A DNA stretch of 60,850 bases from positions 1 to 60,850 of the forward strand of contig JAFGFN010000089.1 of the NCBI GenBank assembly GCA_016931035.1, in the 5' to 3' direction. The notes under the pieces were generated by a model. That model was given only the letters and a program-made list of their open reading frames with translations, searched no databases and was not told the origin of the DNA. The DNA comes from Candidatus Sumerlaeota bacterium (GTDB lineage: Bacteria; Sumerlaeota; Sumerlaeia; UBA8349). Made by a program: the position numbers and the translations under genes. How positions within the stretch are numbered: position 1 is the stretch's first letter; each line of letters opens with the position of its first letter. This document shows positions 33,326 through 42,833 of this stretch, piece by piece.

Positions 33326-34237
33326 ATGCAAGAGATGAAACTCAACTCGTGGGCCGAATTCCCCAACGCGATTGCCAAGGTTCGCGCAAAAAGCGGAACC
33401 CACTCGATTCTATGCAACGGACAACAGATATTGCTGGAGAACGAGATCCTCTTCAGAGGACAGCCCGACAGCGAATGGAATCTGAAAACCACACTGGAAC
33501 GAGCAACGGAACGAGCAACCCATGCCGAATACTCCATTGAGCGCTACCTGCAACGTGCAGACTCAGTCGTTAACGAGATCGAATCTCTGACCGGCAAGAA
33601 ATGGCAACTCCCACCGTACCCGGAGATCGTTAAGGAAATTGAGGAGTCTCAAGGCCGAGGACCGCATCTCCCGCACTACGATTACCTTGTTTACTTGCGT
33701 CACCACGGATTCCCTTCTCCGTTGCTTGACTGGACCAGCTCGCCGTATATCGCGGCCTACTTCGCGCTGGAACCATTGAGCGATGCCGAGCGTTGTTCCG
33801 TTTTCGCCTTCATAGAGACACCGGAGGGGCGCAAAAGCGCTAGCCCCGGTTGGGCCGGAATCAAGCCGACAGGGCCGTATGTCACAACGGACATCCGTCA
33901 TTTCGCTCAAAAGGCTCGGTACACGTTTTCGACAAGGTGGGACGAAGAAAGGAAGACCTATTACTTCTGTTCGCATCACTCTGAACCGCCTCCGCATTCT
34001 ATCGTCATTCAGGATGTTCTCATCAAGATTACATTCCCCAGATCTGATCGAATAGCCGCGCTCCGGCAACTCGAGGATTACAACATAAACCACTACACCC
34101 TTTTCCAGTCGGAAGACTCGCTCGTACGGTCGCTGGGAATACGTGCGTTTGATCTTGAGGCCCGGACAACACCGACAGGATCAGGATCGATCGCGGGTAC
34201 AGGGCAAGCGGATGAGGCGAAGTCGCCAAGTGCGTGA
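33326..34237 (+). CDS. FRG domain protein
   Basis: ILFRGQ, LRHHGFPSPLLDWTSSPYIAAYFA, AQKARYT, INHYTLF; visibly lower GC than flanking genes. Confidence 0.88.
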   Translation: MQEMKLNSWAEFPNAIAKVRAKSGTHSILCNGQQILLENEILFRGQPDSEWNLKTTLERATERATHAEYSIERYLQRADSVVNEIESLTGKKWQLPPYPEIVKEIEESQGRGPHLPHYDYLVYLRHHGFPSPLLDWTSSPYIAAYFALEPLSDAERCSVFAFIETPEGRKSASPGWAGIKPTGPYVTTDIRHFAQKARYTFSTRWDEERKTYYFCSHHSEPPPHSIVIQDVLIKITFPRSDRIAALRQLEDYNINHYTLFQSEDSLVRSLGIRAFDLEARTTPTGSGSIAGTGQADEAKSPSA

Positions 34238-34295
34238 CCGCGACAGGGTTCCTGCTGACGAAACACGCCAACGACGCGAAGACAGAAGGAGTGAG

Positions 34296-34394
34296 CCACG
34301 GATTTGCACGGATGAACACGGATCGAAAAGAGGACTCGGGAATCTGTCCCTTCCTGTTTCTGAGAATCCGTGTTGAATCCGCGTCAGTCCGTGG
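34296..34394. repeat. Inverted array of cacggat units
   Basis: ccacggatttgcacggatgaacacggat / atccgtgttgaatccgcgtcagtccgtgg. Confidence 0.7.
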
Positions 34395-34510
34395 GGGATT
34401 CCTCTCTCTCAGAGGTTCTTGAGATAGATTGTAGTGTCGTGTCCCGGAGGTAACTCGCAGAATTCCATACCGCCTCCTGCGGGGGCTCTTGGGAGAAGAA
34501 CCGTCTCTTT

Positions 34511-34530
34511 CCACGGGCTTACGCCCGTGG
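34511..34530. repeat. REP-like palindrome
   Basis: ccacgggc-ttac-gcccgtgg. Confidence 0.6.
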
Positions 34531-34719
34531 CTACACCTATGCCGCCGATCATAGGATAGCAGTATCCCGTCCTCCCCCAGACCGGCGGCGCGAAACCTCT
34601 TGAAAACGACGCCCGGCTGTAGTCTCATCTTTCTCGGGACCCTTGAGTTTGTCGTAGTTGGAATTCCGGAAGCGGTTGGCGTTGTTTCGGGACTGTGAAT
34701 ACAGAGGAGGCAGGAAGAA

Positions 34720-35073
34720 ATGCTCAACGATATCTGCTGTTTCGCGGCGCTGGTTCTATCCGGGCTTCTCGTCGCCCTGATCGCCTTCTCGCTCTTGCGC
34801 AAGAGTCTTAGCGAGATGCTCGACGAGGCGGCCAAGATTCCGGCCTGCACGACCTTTTATCTGCGGCTTCTGGCCATCGGAGCGATCTTCATCGCGCTAT
34901 CAGGGACGGTGGGAGAACGGATCTCCCTCGATAAGAACGCTCATGTCATGGAATACGTCTGGAAGATCGCCGAGAATCTCTCCGGGGTCTTCGGACTGAT
35001 CTGTCTCTTCCTGACCGGGTATCTCATTGCGATCACGATTTTCGTGGCCGTGCTCAGGCGCAAGAATGTCTAA
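34720..35073 (+). CDS. Small 3-TM membrane protein
   Basis: GAGGAGG upstream; three hydrophobic helices. Confidence 0.7.
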   Translation: MLNDICCFAALVLSGLLVALIAFSLLRKSLSEMLDEAAKIPACTTFYLRLLAIGAIFIALSGTVGERISLDKNAHVMEYVWKIAENLSGVFGLICLFLTGYLIAITIFVAVLRRKNV

Positions 35074-35461
35074 CGACCAGTATCTCGTCGTCTCGTACTT
35101 CGTCGTGGGCGGCGCGTGCGTCGTGCTCGCCTTGGCCACCTATGCGCTGCTCAGACGCAGCTTCTTCGCCCTCACCCGCGTCGCGCCCGGCGGACGGCTC
35201 GGGCGCGTTTATCGGAGGCTGTTCTTGTTCGGCGTCGTCGTGCCCGCGCTGACGGGCTTCTTCTCGGTTTCGTTCTACAGCTGCGAGATCTCGTCGTACG
35301 ACGCCGTCGTGAAGGATCGCTCGTACCTGGTCAGGAAGAATCAGGAGCAGATGGCAACCACTCTCTCCTATACCTGCGCCGCTCTCTTGACGTGGGGATG
35401 TCTCGTCGCGATCGGCTTCGCCGCCATGGGCGACCGAGGCAAACCCGACGAAACTTGTTGA
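35066..35461 (+). CDS. Small 3-TM membrane protein, same layout as the upstream gene
   Basis: 8-nt overlap with the upstream stop; three hydrophobic helices. Confidence 0.7.
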   Translation: MSNDQYLVVSYFVVGGACVVLALATYALLRRSFFALTRVAPGGRLGRVYRRLFLFGVVVPALTGFFSVSFYSCEISSYDAVVKDRSYLVRKNQEQMATTLSYTCAALLTWGCLVAIGFAAMGDRGKPDETC

Positions 35462-35537
35462 AAAAACTCGCCGCCTTCGCTTCCATACCGTTTGAACGTG
35501 TCGAACCACCGCATCGCGGAACGGAAAGGATATTGCA

Positions 35538-36293
35538 ATGAGACGTTACATTCTTGCCGGAAACTGGAAGATGCATCTCGACGCCCAGGCGTCGGCCGAC
35601 TTGGTCAAGGCCCTGATCCCGTCGGTCAAGGACTCGACCGACGTGGACGTGGTCGTGGGTCCGGTCTTCACCTCGATCCCCGCCGTCGTCGAGGCCGCCC
35701 AGGGCACGAACATCGCCGTCGCCGCCCAGAACTGCTATTGGGAGGACTCGGGCGCGTTCACGGGCGAGATCGCGGTGCCGATGCTCAAGGCCGCCGGGTG
35801 CGCGTACTGCATCGTCGGTCACTCGGAACGCCGCCAGTTCTTCGGCGAGACCGACGAGAAGATCAACAAGAAGGCGCAGGCGCTCTACAAGCACGGCCTC
35901 ACCCCGATCGTCTGCTGCGGCGAACTTCTCGAAGAACGCGAAGCGGGCAAGACCACCCAGGTGGTCGAGACGCAGCTGCGCGGCTGCCTCAAAGACCTCC
36001 CCGCCGACAAGGTCCGGACGACCGTCCTGGCCTACGAACCGGTCTGGGCCATCGGCACGGGCAAAGTCGCCACGCCCGCCCAGGCGCAGGAAGTCCACGC
36101 CACGATCCGCGCGCTCCTGGTCGAACTCTACGGACAGGACGTGGCCGATGCGGTGCGGATTCAGTACGGCGGATCGGTGAAGGCGGACAACGTGAAGGAG
36201 CTGATGGGGCAGACCGATATCGACGGCGCGCTGGTGGGCGGCGCGGCGCTCAAGCCCGACTCGTTCGCCGCGATCGTCAACTTCCAGAAGTGA
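35538..36293 (+). CDS. tpiA: Triosephosphate isomerase
   Basis: AGNWKM, GAFTGE, VGHSERR, AYEPVWAIGTG, YGGSVK, DGALVGGA. Confidence 0.98.
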   Translation: MRRYILAGNWKMHLDAQASADLVKALIPSVKDSTDVDVVVGPVFTSIPAVVEAAQGTNIAVAAQNCYWEDSGAFTGEIAVPMLKAAGCAYCIVGHSERRQFFGETDEKINKKAQALYKHGLTPIVCCGELLEEREAGKTTQVVETQLRGCLKDLPADKVRTTVLAYEPVWAIGTGKVATPAQAQEVHATIRALLVELYGQDVADAVRIQYGGSVKADNVKELMGQTDIDGALVGGAALKPDSFAAIVNFQK

Positions 36294-36389
36294 GCGCGAT
36301 GAGCGGCGCGCGCCGTCCATCGTTCGAGGTCATAGAGAGGTTATTCCATGCCGTGTGGGTCGCGTTTCCCCCGCTTCCCACGCGGCAAC

Positions 36390-37133
36390 TCATTCGGTCT
36401 TCTGTAAGACGAAGTACATCGTGTTGAGCCGGACGAACCGCTTCTCTTCCAGAACGTCGAAGTGCTTCTCGAACACGCGCCGCGCGTCCTTCGGCGTCGT
36501 CGGACGATACCCCAAATCCCAATGGTGCACATCGAATCGATCGTCGGGCGCCTCCTGAATCCGATAGTAGCGGAACGATCCTTTCCACGTGTAGCGCAAC
36601 ACCACAAACCGATAGACGCCCCGCACTACGGTCACAATCCTCTGGACCCAACTGAAGGGGATGCCGGTCAGAACCCGTCCATCGCATGAAACGAACCGCC
36701 CATAGGTGCAGCGGTGCGGAAACAGACGGATCGTGCTGTACGGGAGGGCCACGATCATGTGTCCCCCCGCTCGGAGTTTCTTCGACGCCTCGGCCAGGAT
36801 GCCGTCCAGATAGTGGAACTTGACGTGCTCGAACACTTTCGAGGCGAGAATCACGTCGAACTCCTCGTCGAACGGCCACGCCTTGCGCATATCGCCAAAG
36901 TAGTCCGGGTGTAGCGCCGACTCGTTGTCGAACGTCTTGACCTCGACGCCCTTGCGCCTCAGATAGTCCGTCACCGTGTGGTCGCCCGGCCCGATCTCCA
37001 GGACCTTGCGCGGCGCAGAACGAAGAGCATAGTCGACTTGCCGGTAGTACTGAACGAATCGATCCGCGTTGATGTCCGTGTAGTTGAACGGAGTATCGCC
37101 CAAAGGTTGAAGGGTTGAGCAGGGACCATCCAT
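36390..37133 (-). CDS. SAM-dependent methyltransferase
   Basis: VLEIGPG, FDVILASKVFEH, HHWDLG. Confidence 0.8.
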   Translation of the reverse strand: MDGPCSTLQPLGDTPFNYTDINADRFVQYYRQVDYALRSAPRKVLEIGPGDHTVTDYLRRKGVEVKTFDNESALHPDYFGDMRKAWPFDEEFDVILASKVFEHVKFHYLDGILAEASKKLRAGGHMIVALPYSTIRLFPHRCTYGRFVSCDGRVLTGIPFSWVQRIVTVVRGVYRFVVLRYTWKGSFRYYRIQEAPDDRFDVHHWDLGYRPTTPKDARRVFEKHFDVLEEKRFVRLNTMYFVLQKTE

Positions 37134-37148
37134 GTTCGTGCGCGAGGC

Positions 37149-38375
37149 CTACTCGTCGTGGGGTGCGGGATCCGACCAACGCGCGTCGGGCACGTAGACG
37201 CAGTTTTCGTAGCACCAGTCGGCGTGGGGCGTTCGGACGTAGAGTTCGCGAAAGCGGCTGACGGCGTGGGCGACCATGTCGCCCTCGTCCTTGATGAGGA
37301 ATTGCACGGCGTAGCGGCCCGGATTGAGCCTCAAACTGTCGATCGTCAGGTCGACGTGGCCCGTGCCCGACAGCTCGTCCACGCGCCAGTTCTCCTTGCG
37401 GCTTCGGAGCACCGTGGCGCAGGGGCCGTGGTGCGCGGCCACCATCACGACCAGGCACGGACGCCGCACCGGCTCGTCGCAGTCGTACATCAAACGGATC
37501 GTCACGGGTTGGCCGAGAGGGATCTCCGAGACTTTCTCTCCTTGCGCGTCGAGGAACTCGAGATCGCACGCGCACGTTCCGGGCTCTCCTCGCTCTCCCT
37601 CCTCGTGAATCATCTTCTCGATGGATTCCTGTTGAATCGACCGGTTGTAGGCGTCGATCACGTCGATGATCGGTCCCGCCTCGCGTATGCTCCCGTGCTT
37701 GATGAAGAGTCCCTGTTGGCACGATTGGCGCACGGCCCACAGGTCGTGCGAGACGAGGATGACGATTGCCCCTTGCTCGCGCAGCTCGCGGATGCGTTCG
37801 TGGCAGCGGGCCTGGAAGCGGGCGTCGCCCACGGCCAGGACCTCGTCTACCAGGAGGACGTCGGGGCGGATCTGCGCGGCGACGGCGAATCCGAGCCGAA
37901 CGAACATGCCCGAGCTGTAGCGTTTGACGGGCGCGTCGATGTAGTCGCCGATGTCGGCGAACTCGACGATGTCGTCGAAGTAGCCGTGAATTTCCGCGCG
38001 TTTGAGACCGAGGATCGAACCGTTCAGGTACACGTTCTCGCGTCCCGTGAGCTCGGGGTGAAAGCCCGCGCCCAGAGCGATCAGGGCCGAAGTGGTGCCG
38101 CGCACGCGAACGTGTCCCTGGGTGATGTAGGAAATCCCCGACAGGATGCGCAGGATCGTCGTTTTGCCCGAGCCGTTCGGGCCGATGACGCCGAGGCTTT
38201 GTCCCTCGGCCAGACGGAACGAGACGTCGCGCAGAGCCCAGAACTCGTTGCGCGACGGGTCGCGCCCCGTCAGGGTGGCCAGGAGCCTGCGGAACCGGCT
38301 CGACCCATAGACCCGGTCGTACATTTTCCAGACGTTGTCGAAGACCACCCGTTCCATGTTCGCGCGTTCCGCCAT
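37149..38375 (-). CDS. wzt: Second polysaccharide ABC exporter ATPase with Wzt-C domain
   Basis: [46 protein letters not shown]; alternative start at 38357. Confidence 0.9.
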   Translation of the reverse strand: MAERANMERVVFDNVWKMYDRVYGSSRFRRLLATLTGRDPSRNEFWALRDVSFRLAEGQSLGVIGPNGSGKTTILRILSGISYITQGHVRVRGTTSALIALGAGFHPELTGRENVYLNGSILGLKRAEIHGYFDDIVEFADIGDYIDAPVKRYSSGMFVRLGFAVAAQIRPDVLLVDEVLAVGDARFQARCHERIRELREQGAIVILVSHDLWAVRQSCQQGLFIKHGSIREAGPIIDVIDAYNRSIQQESIEKMIHEEGERGEPGTCACDLEFLDAQGEKVSEIPLGQPVTIRLMYDCDEPVRRPCLVVMVAAHHGPCATVLRSRKENWRVDELSGTGHVDLTIDSLRLNPGRYAVQFLIKDEGDMVAHAVSRFRELYVRTPHADWCYENCVYVPDARWSDPAPHDE

Positions 38376-38392
38376 CCGAGATCGAGAATCGC

Positions 38393-39292
38393 CTATACCG
38401 CGTCGGCGAAATGGCGTTCCTCGTGCTTGAAGAAGCAATACCCGACCAGGAACAACACGATCGCGACCAAGGCGGAGGCGATCACGTGTTTGTCCCACGG
38501 GTTCATGCGCGATATGAGGGCCAGCCGGTATCCGTCGATGATGCCCGTCATCGGGTTGATGTTGATGAGCATCGTATAGCGACCGCCCGCGAAAGCGCGC
38601 AGGGGGTAGAGAACCGGCGTGATGACGAGCCAGAGAAAGAGCCCGAGGTTGACGAGGTGCCCGACGTCGCGAAAATAGACCTGCATGGCCGAAGCAACGA
38701 AGACCAGCCCTAGAATGAACAGCAAGTGCACGGCCAGAAGGACCGGGAGCCAGAGCCATCCCGCGTGAGGCAGAAATGGGTAGGCTGCGGCGAAGTGCGT
38801 CTTGGCCGAAGGGACGAGAAACGTGAATCCCGCCGCGACGACGACGTACATGCCGAAAGCGAGAACCCAATCCACCAGGTTCATCAGAGCCGACGAAATC
38901 GGGAGCACTTCGCGCGGGAAATAGACCTTCGTCACCAGGTCCATGTTCGAAACGAGCGAGGTCGATCCGTTCGTCACGGCCTTGGTGAAGAAGCTCCAGA
39001 ACGAAAGAGTGAAGAGAAGATAGAGCGCGGGCGGACAGGGAAACTGTTTGCGCTGGTCGAATTGGACTAGAGAGTAGAGATAGACGAAAACGGCGGTCAT
39101 CGCGGCGGGGGTCATGAGCGCCCATCCCACCCCGAGGAGCGACTGCTTGTAGCGGGCGCGAATTCCGCGCACGGTGAGAGCGTAGAGCAGGAAGCGATTC
39201 TGCCCCAGACGCCCCAGGTTGCGGAGCAGGTGCAGATCGAACGGGAGAAGGCCGACAAACCAACGCCAGCCTCTCTCGCCCTTCTCGTCCAC
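38393..39292 (-). CDS. wzm: Second polysaccharide ABC exporter permease
   Basis: [44 protein letters not shown]; start uncertain. Confidence 0.88.
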   Translation of the reverse strand: MDEKGERGWRWFVGLLPFDLHLLRNLGRLGQNRFLLYALTVRGIRARYKQSLLGVGWALMTPAAMTAVFVYLYSLVQFDQRKQFPCPPALYLLFTLSFWSFFTKAVTNGSTSLVSNMDLVTKVYFPREVLPISSALMNLVDWVLAFGMYVVVAAGFTFLVPSAKTHFAAAYPFLPHAGWLWLPVLLAVHLLFILGLVFVASAMQVYFRDVGHLVNLGLFLWLVITPVLYPLRAFAGGRYTMLININPMTGIIDGYRLALISRMNPWDKHVIASALVAIVLFLVGYCFFKHEERHFADAV

Positions 39293-39395
39293 AACCAGTT
39301 CAAAGACGGCTTCTTCGCGCGGAGCGGGCAAATGCTTTTCCTCTCGGAAGGAGTGGGACGCGTCGTTCGGGGTCCCGGGTACGGCGCTCACCCGA

Positions 39396-41114
39396 TTATT
39401 CCGAATTCCCTCGTCCCGAGGCAAGGTCAAAAGACGGTCTCTTGAACGAGCGTACCGACGACCATAGTCCGAGCAGTCCGATTGCGAGGAGCGAAGCGAG
39501 AACGCCCGCCGCGGCGGCGAGCCAGGCTTTCGAGACGCCCGGCCGTCTCCACTCGTTCCATAGCCACACGTCGGTAACCAAATAGGGCTTCACGCGCGCG
39601 GGGGTCCACTTCGGGTTGAGCAGTCGCCACGGGATCGACCGTGAGAGCGCCGCGTCGTCGAGACGATCGCGGTTAAGCGTTGCCCACAACATCCAGGTTT
39701 GTCCGACGACGGGCGAGAACTCGGGAACGAAATGCACTAGGAACATGTCGTCGCGGATCTCCCACACGCCCTTCTGGTAAATGGGATGTTCGAGAATCCG
39801 AGCCTCGGACAGAGTCATCTGCCAATACGCGGCGGGGTGAAGCGCGACTCCCGGTATCTGGATCGCCGCCGAGACGGCAATCAGGAGCGTCGCCGCCGTC
39901 TTCCGGCCGTAGCGCTCGAAGGCGCGAGGACGATACGAGAAGATCTTTCGCCAGACCGGGGCCGAGGTCCAGGCGAGGAACGGCACGAGGAATAGGAAGA
40001 ACCGCGCACCCCATTCGATCCCAGCGTACCAGGCCCACCACTTGGCGTAGGCCAGCGTCAAAGGCGCCGACATTCCCAGGAGGAGAATCGTCTCGGCCCG
40101 AGCGTGCCGCCAGAAGGATCTCAGTCCGAAAAGTCCGAGAAGACAGAGGGGCGAATAGAGAAAGAAGCTGCGGCCGCTGCTCAGGAAGATGCCGTAGAGA
40201 CCGACCCACAGAGGCGTGTTGAAACCGAAATCGCCGTCTCTTGCCCGATGATAACCCGAAGTCCACGGCGAGCCGTACCGCGCGTGGTTCCAGGCGAGCT
40301 GGGCGGTCGCGGCCAGAACGAACGGCAAGACCGCGAGCGCCAACGTCGAGGCGAGACGCACGCGGCCGAGGGTTTTCGGGTCGGTTCGGCGCCGCTCGAT
40401 AAGCGCCCAGACGCCGTAGACCGCGACGGCCGGCCAGACGAGCGCGAACATGCTTTTACAGAGAAACGCGAGGGCGACCGACCAGGCCGCCGCCACGCCC
40501 CAAAGAAAAGTCGCGCCGCGACGATAGCGAAAGCGCGCCAGTCCGTAGACGCTTGCCGTGAGGAGAAGCGCCCCGCTCGTGTCGGCGAACAGGGTCGAGG
40601 CGGAAGGCCAGAGCTGCGTCGCGCCGCCAGTGACGAGAGACGCGAGCGCGGATTGACCGCGCGTCAGACGGAGTTTTCGCGCTCGCCGCCCGGAGAGTCG
40701 AAACAGCAGAAAAACGAGTGTCCCGATGGCCGCGCATTCGGCGGCGGGCAGGGCGTTGAAGGCAAGGATGCCGAAGGCGGGACGCGCGCCGGAAGGCGCG
40801 CTCGAAAGCGCCGTGGCCGCCCACGCGAAGGGCAAGAGGAGAACACTCTGTCCCAAAGGGAACTTCGAGTACTCGAAGGCATGGGTGGGACGGCCGTCCG
40901 GACCGTTCCGGGCAACGGTGACGACCGGACGGCGGTGCGCCACCAGGTTCATGGCGACGCCGGCATACTCGTACTCGTCGCCGCAGGGACTCCGCGCCGA
41001 GGTCGTGAGGAGATAGAACGCGAAGAGAGAGAGGCCGACGCACAGGGCCGCCCGGCGGTCGCGGGACTTCCCGGCGGCGACCTCGGAGGACCCGGATTCG
41101 AGCGGCTCGCTCAC
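39396..41114 (-). CDS. GT-C fold membrane glycosyltransferase (PMT/ArnT-like)
   Basis: GDE after TM1, YSKFPLGQS, WNHARYGSPWTSGY, SSGRSFFLYSP, WGARF; many TM helices. Confidence 0.7.
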   Translation of the reverse strand: MSEPLESGSSEVAAGKSRDRRAALCVGLSLFAFYLLTTSARSPCGDEYEYAGVAMNLVAHRRPVVTVARNGPDGRPTHAFEYSKFPLGQSVLLLPFAWAATALSSAPSGARPAFGILAFNALPAAECAAIGTLVFLLFRLSGRRARKLRLTRGQSALASLVTGGATQLWPSASTLFADTSGALLLTASVYGLARFRYRRGATFLWGVAAAWSVALAFLCKSMFALVWPAVAVYGVWALIERRRTDPKTLGRVRLASTLALAVLPFVLAATAQLAWNHARYGSPWTSGYHRARDGDFGFNTPLWVGLYGIFLSSGRSFFLYSPLCLLGLFGLRSFWRHARAETILLLGMSAPLTLAYAKWWAWYAGIEWGARFFLFLVPFLAWTSAPVWRKIFSYRPRAFERYGRKTAATLLIAVSAAIQIPGVALHPAAYWQMTLSEARILEHPIYQKGVWEIRDDMFLVHFVPEFSPVVGQTWMLWATLNRDRLDDAALSRSIPWRLLNPKWTPARVKPYLVTDVWLWNEWRRPGVSKAWLAAAAGVLASLLAIGLLGLWSSVRSFKRPSFDLASGRGNSE

Positions 41115-41311
41115 AAGAAGATCGCTTTCATCTCCCGCCCGGCGGGAGGAACGACGTGTGTCGAAGACCGGACGGCGCAGGCTCTTAATCGAACGGGGCG
41201 CGGACCTCGAACGCCACGCCCGCCCGGCGCCCAGTCCGTCTCTCGAACAACCTAGCCGAAAGGGCAGGGCGATGTCAATTGAATGGGAAAGCCGCCGATT
41301 TCATGCGGGTG

Positions 41312-41568
41312 GGGTGCGACCGGCCATTCTGAAGAATCTGTTCTGCGCCGCGATTCCTCGCCCCCACCGGTTTCACACCGGTGGAGCGGTGGTTCTGCTC
41401 CAGTTGTGCCGAGTTCGTTTTTTCTCCCCCCCTCTCCTCTTCCTCCTCGCTGGCGGGGAGGAAGAGGAGGGGGAGGAAAGGGACGTAATTCGCACCGTTC
41501 CGGAGCATAATCAGCGCCCCACCGACATGAAGTCGGCGGTGGGGTTTTCAAAATGGTGGGTTGCACCC
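41312..41568. mobile_element. MITE/REP-like composite element with imperfect terminal inverted repeats
   Basis: gggtgcgaccggccatt / aatggtgggttgcaccc; internal long pyrimidine/purine hairpin (about 41428-41473); shares gacatgaagtcggcgg with 96-111. Confidence 0.5.
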
Positions 41569-41704
41569 ATGCGGGCGGAGATCGGAGATTAAGCTGGACG
41601 TTACGCCCAACGATCTGTATGTTTCTTGTTCCACACGGGCCTTCGCTCCGATCGGGTGGCTGCGTCCCCGGAGCGGTCGCCTTTCCCGATTCCTGGATTT
41701 GAGA

Positions 41705-42112
41705 ATGCAGTCACGAATTCTCACTCTCGCGTTCATCATGTTGCTGGCGGGCGGGTGCGCCTCGCACGGCCCGGTGGACTGGCAGGAGGAGACCGGCCTG
41801 GGGCTTTGTCCGCCGTGGCGCGAGGTCGGTGTCGGGCGCGAGATGGCCCGCGAGGCGGCGATCGGCGAAGCGCGCGAGAAGATTTGGGCCTCGATGCTGG
41901 AAATGAAGATCGACGAGCGGACGCGGGTCGAGGATCTGACCCTGACGAGTCCCCGTTTTCTATCGAAGTTCCGCGGGATGATCGGCCAGTTGGACCCGGT
42001 CGAGGTGAGGGAGGGCGAGGGGCAGAGCATCGTCGTCAAGATGCGGATAGACAAGAACGCGGTGCTTCGTCTGGCGCGTCGCTACATGCTTTCCGCAAGG
42101 ACACAACCATGA
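41705..42112 (+). CDS. Lipoprotein (LPP20-like)
   Basis: Lipobox LAGGC after a hydrophobic stretch; MAREAAIGEARE helix; IDERTRVEDL. Confidence 0.7.
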   Translation: MQSRILTLAFIMLLAGGCASHGPVDWQEETGLGLCPPWREVGVGREMAREAAIGEAREKIWASMLEMKIDERTRVEDLTLTSPRFLSKFRGMIGQLDPVEVREGEGQSIVVKMRIDKNAVLRLARRYMLSARTQP

Positions 42113-42744
42113 GTCCCGATCCTTCGGTGTTCGAAGAACAGCTGAGGGAGATCGAGAAGAGCAAGCGCCGCCGATCCTTCTGGCGCAGGCAGTTCGGATG
42201 CGGCGTGTTTTTGTTTTTGGTTGCCGCGGCGATCGGCGCCGTCTGGCTCTGGCATAACCGGGCGCGCGTCTTCAGAGAAGGAGGCGATCTCGAGCGCCTG
42301 GGCGAGCAAGGACGCCGGATCGTCCGGACCCCGCCGGACGAGATCCTTCGGACTCTTCGCGACGAGGCGGCGGAGATTCAGGAGCGATGGGAGGAATTCC
42401 GCCGATCGGGTGAGGACCAGAAGCGTCTGGCGGAACTGCGCGAGAAGCTGGTGGCGCGACGCGAGGAGGCCGGCGGCTCGGCCAAGAAGTATTGGAGCGA
42501 CCTGGTCAAGCAGAGCGATTCCCTCATCGCCAAGGCCCGCGAGAAGGGAGAACAGGTCCCGGAAGAGCTGGAGAAGCTGGTGGGGATGATGGACCGACTC
42601 GAGGGCGCCGCGAGACGGGGCAAGGAGTTCATCGAGACGGGTCTGCGGTCCGAGGACGGGACCGAATCGTCCGCGACGTTGCGCCCCGATCTCGGTCGCG
42701 GGGAGGCGGCGTCCGGCGATCTGGACTATGGTATGGATAGGTGA
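42109..42744 (+). CDS. Single-TM coiled-coil hypothetical protein
   Basis: ATGA overlap; one TM (GVFLFLVAAAIGAVWLW) followed by charged helices. Confidence 0.65.
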   Translation: MSPDPSVFEEQLREIEKSKRRRSFWRRQFGCGVFLFLVAAAIGAVWLWHNRARVFREGGDLERLGEQGRRIVRTPPDEILRTLRDEAAEIQERWEEFRRSGEDQKRLAELREKLVARREEAGGSAKKYWSDLVKQSDSLIAKAREKGEQVPEELEKLVGMMDRLEGAARRGKEFIETGLRSEDGTESSATLRPDLGRGEAASGDLDYGMDR

Positions 42745-42833
42745 CTTGCGGGATTGCGAAGAGAGCGAACCGCTTCCCCTGCATTCGAATAGAGTCGAGA
42801 CCAAGCACGCACGAGGAGTGAGAGAAGCAGACG

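Noticed and set aside
31850-34530. Short repeats as a CRISPR array
   Set aside because: No regular repeat-spacer periodicity and no cas genes.
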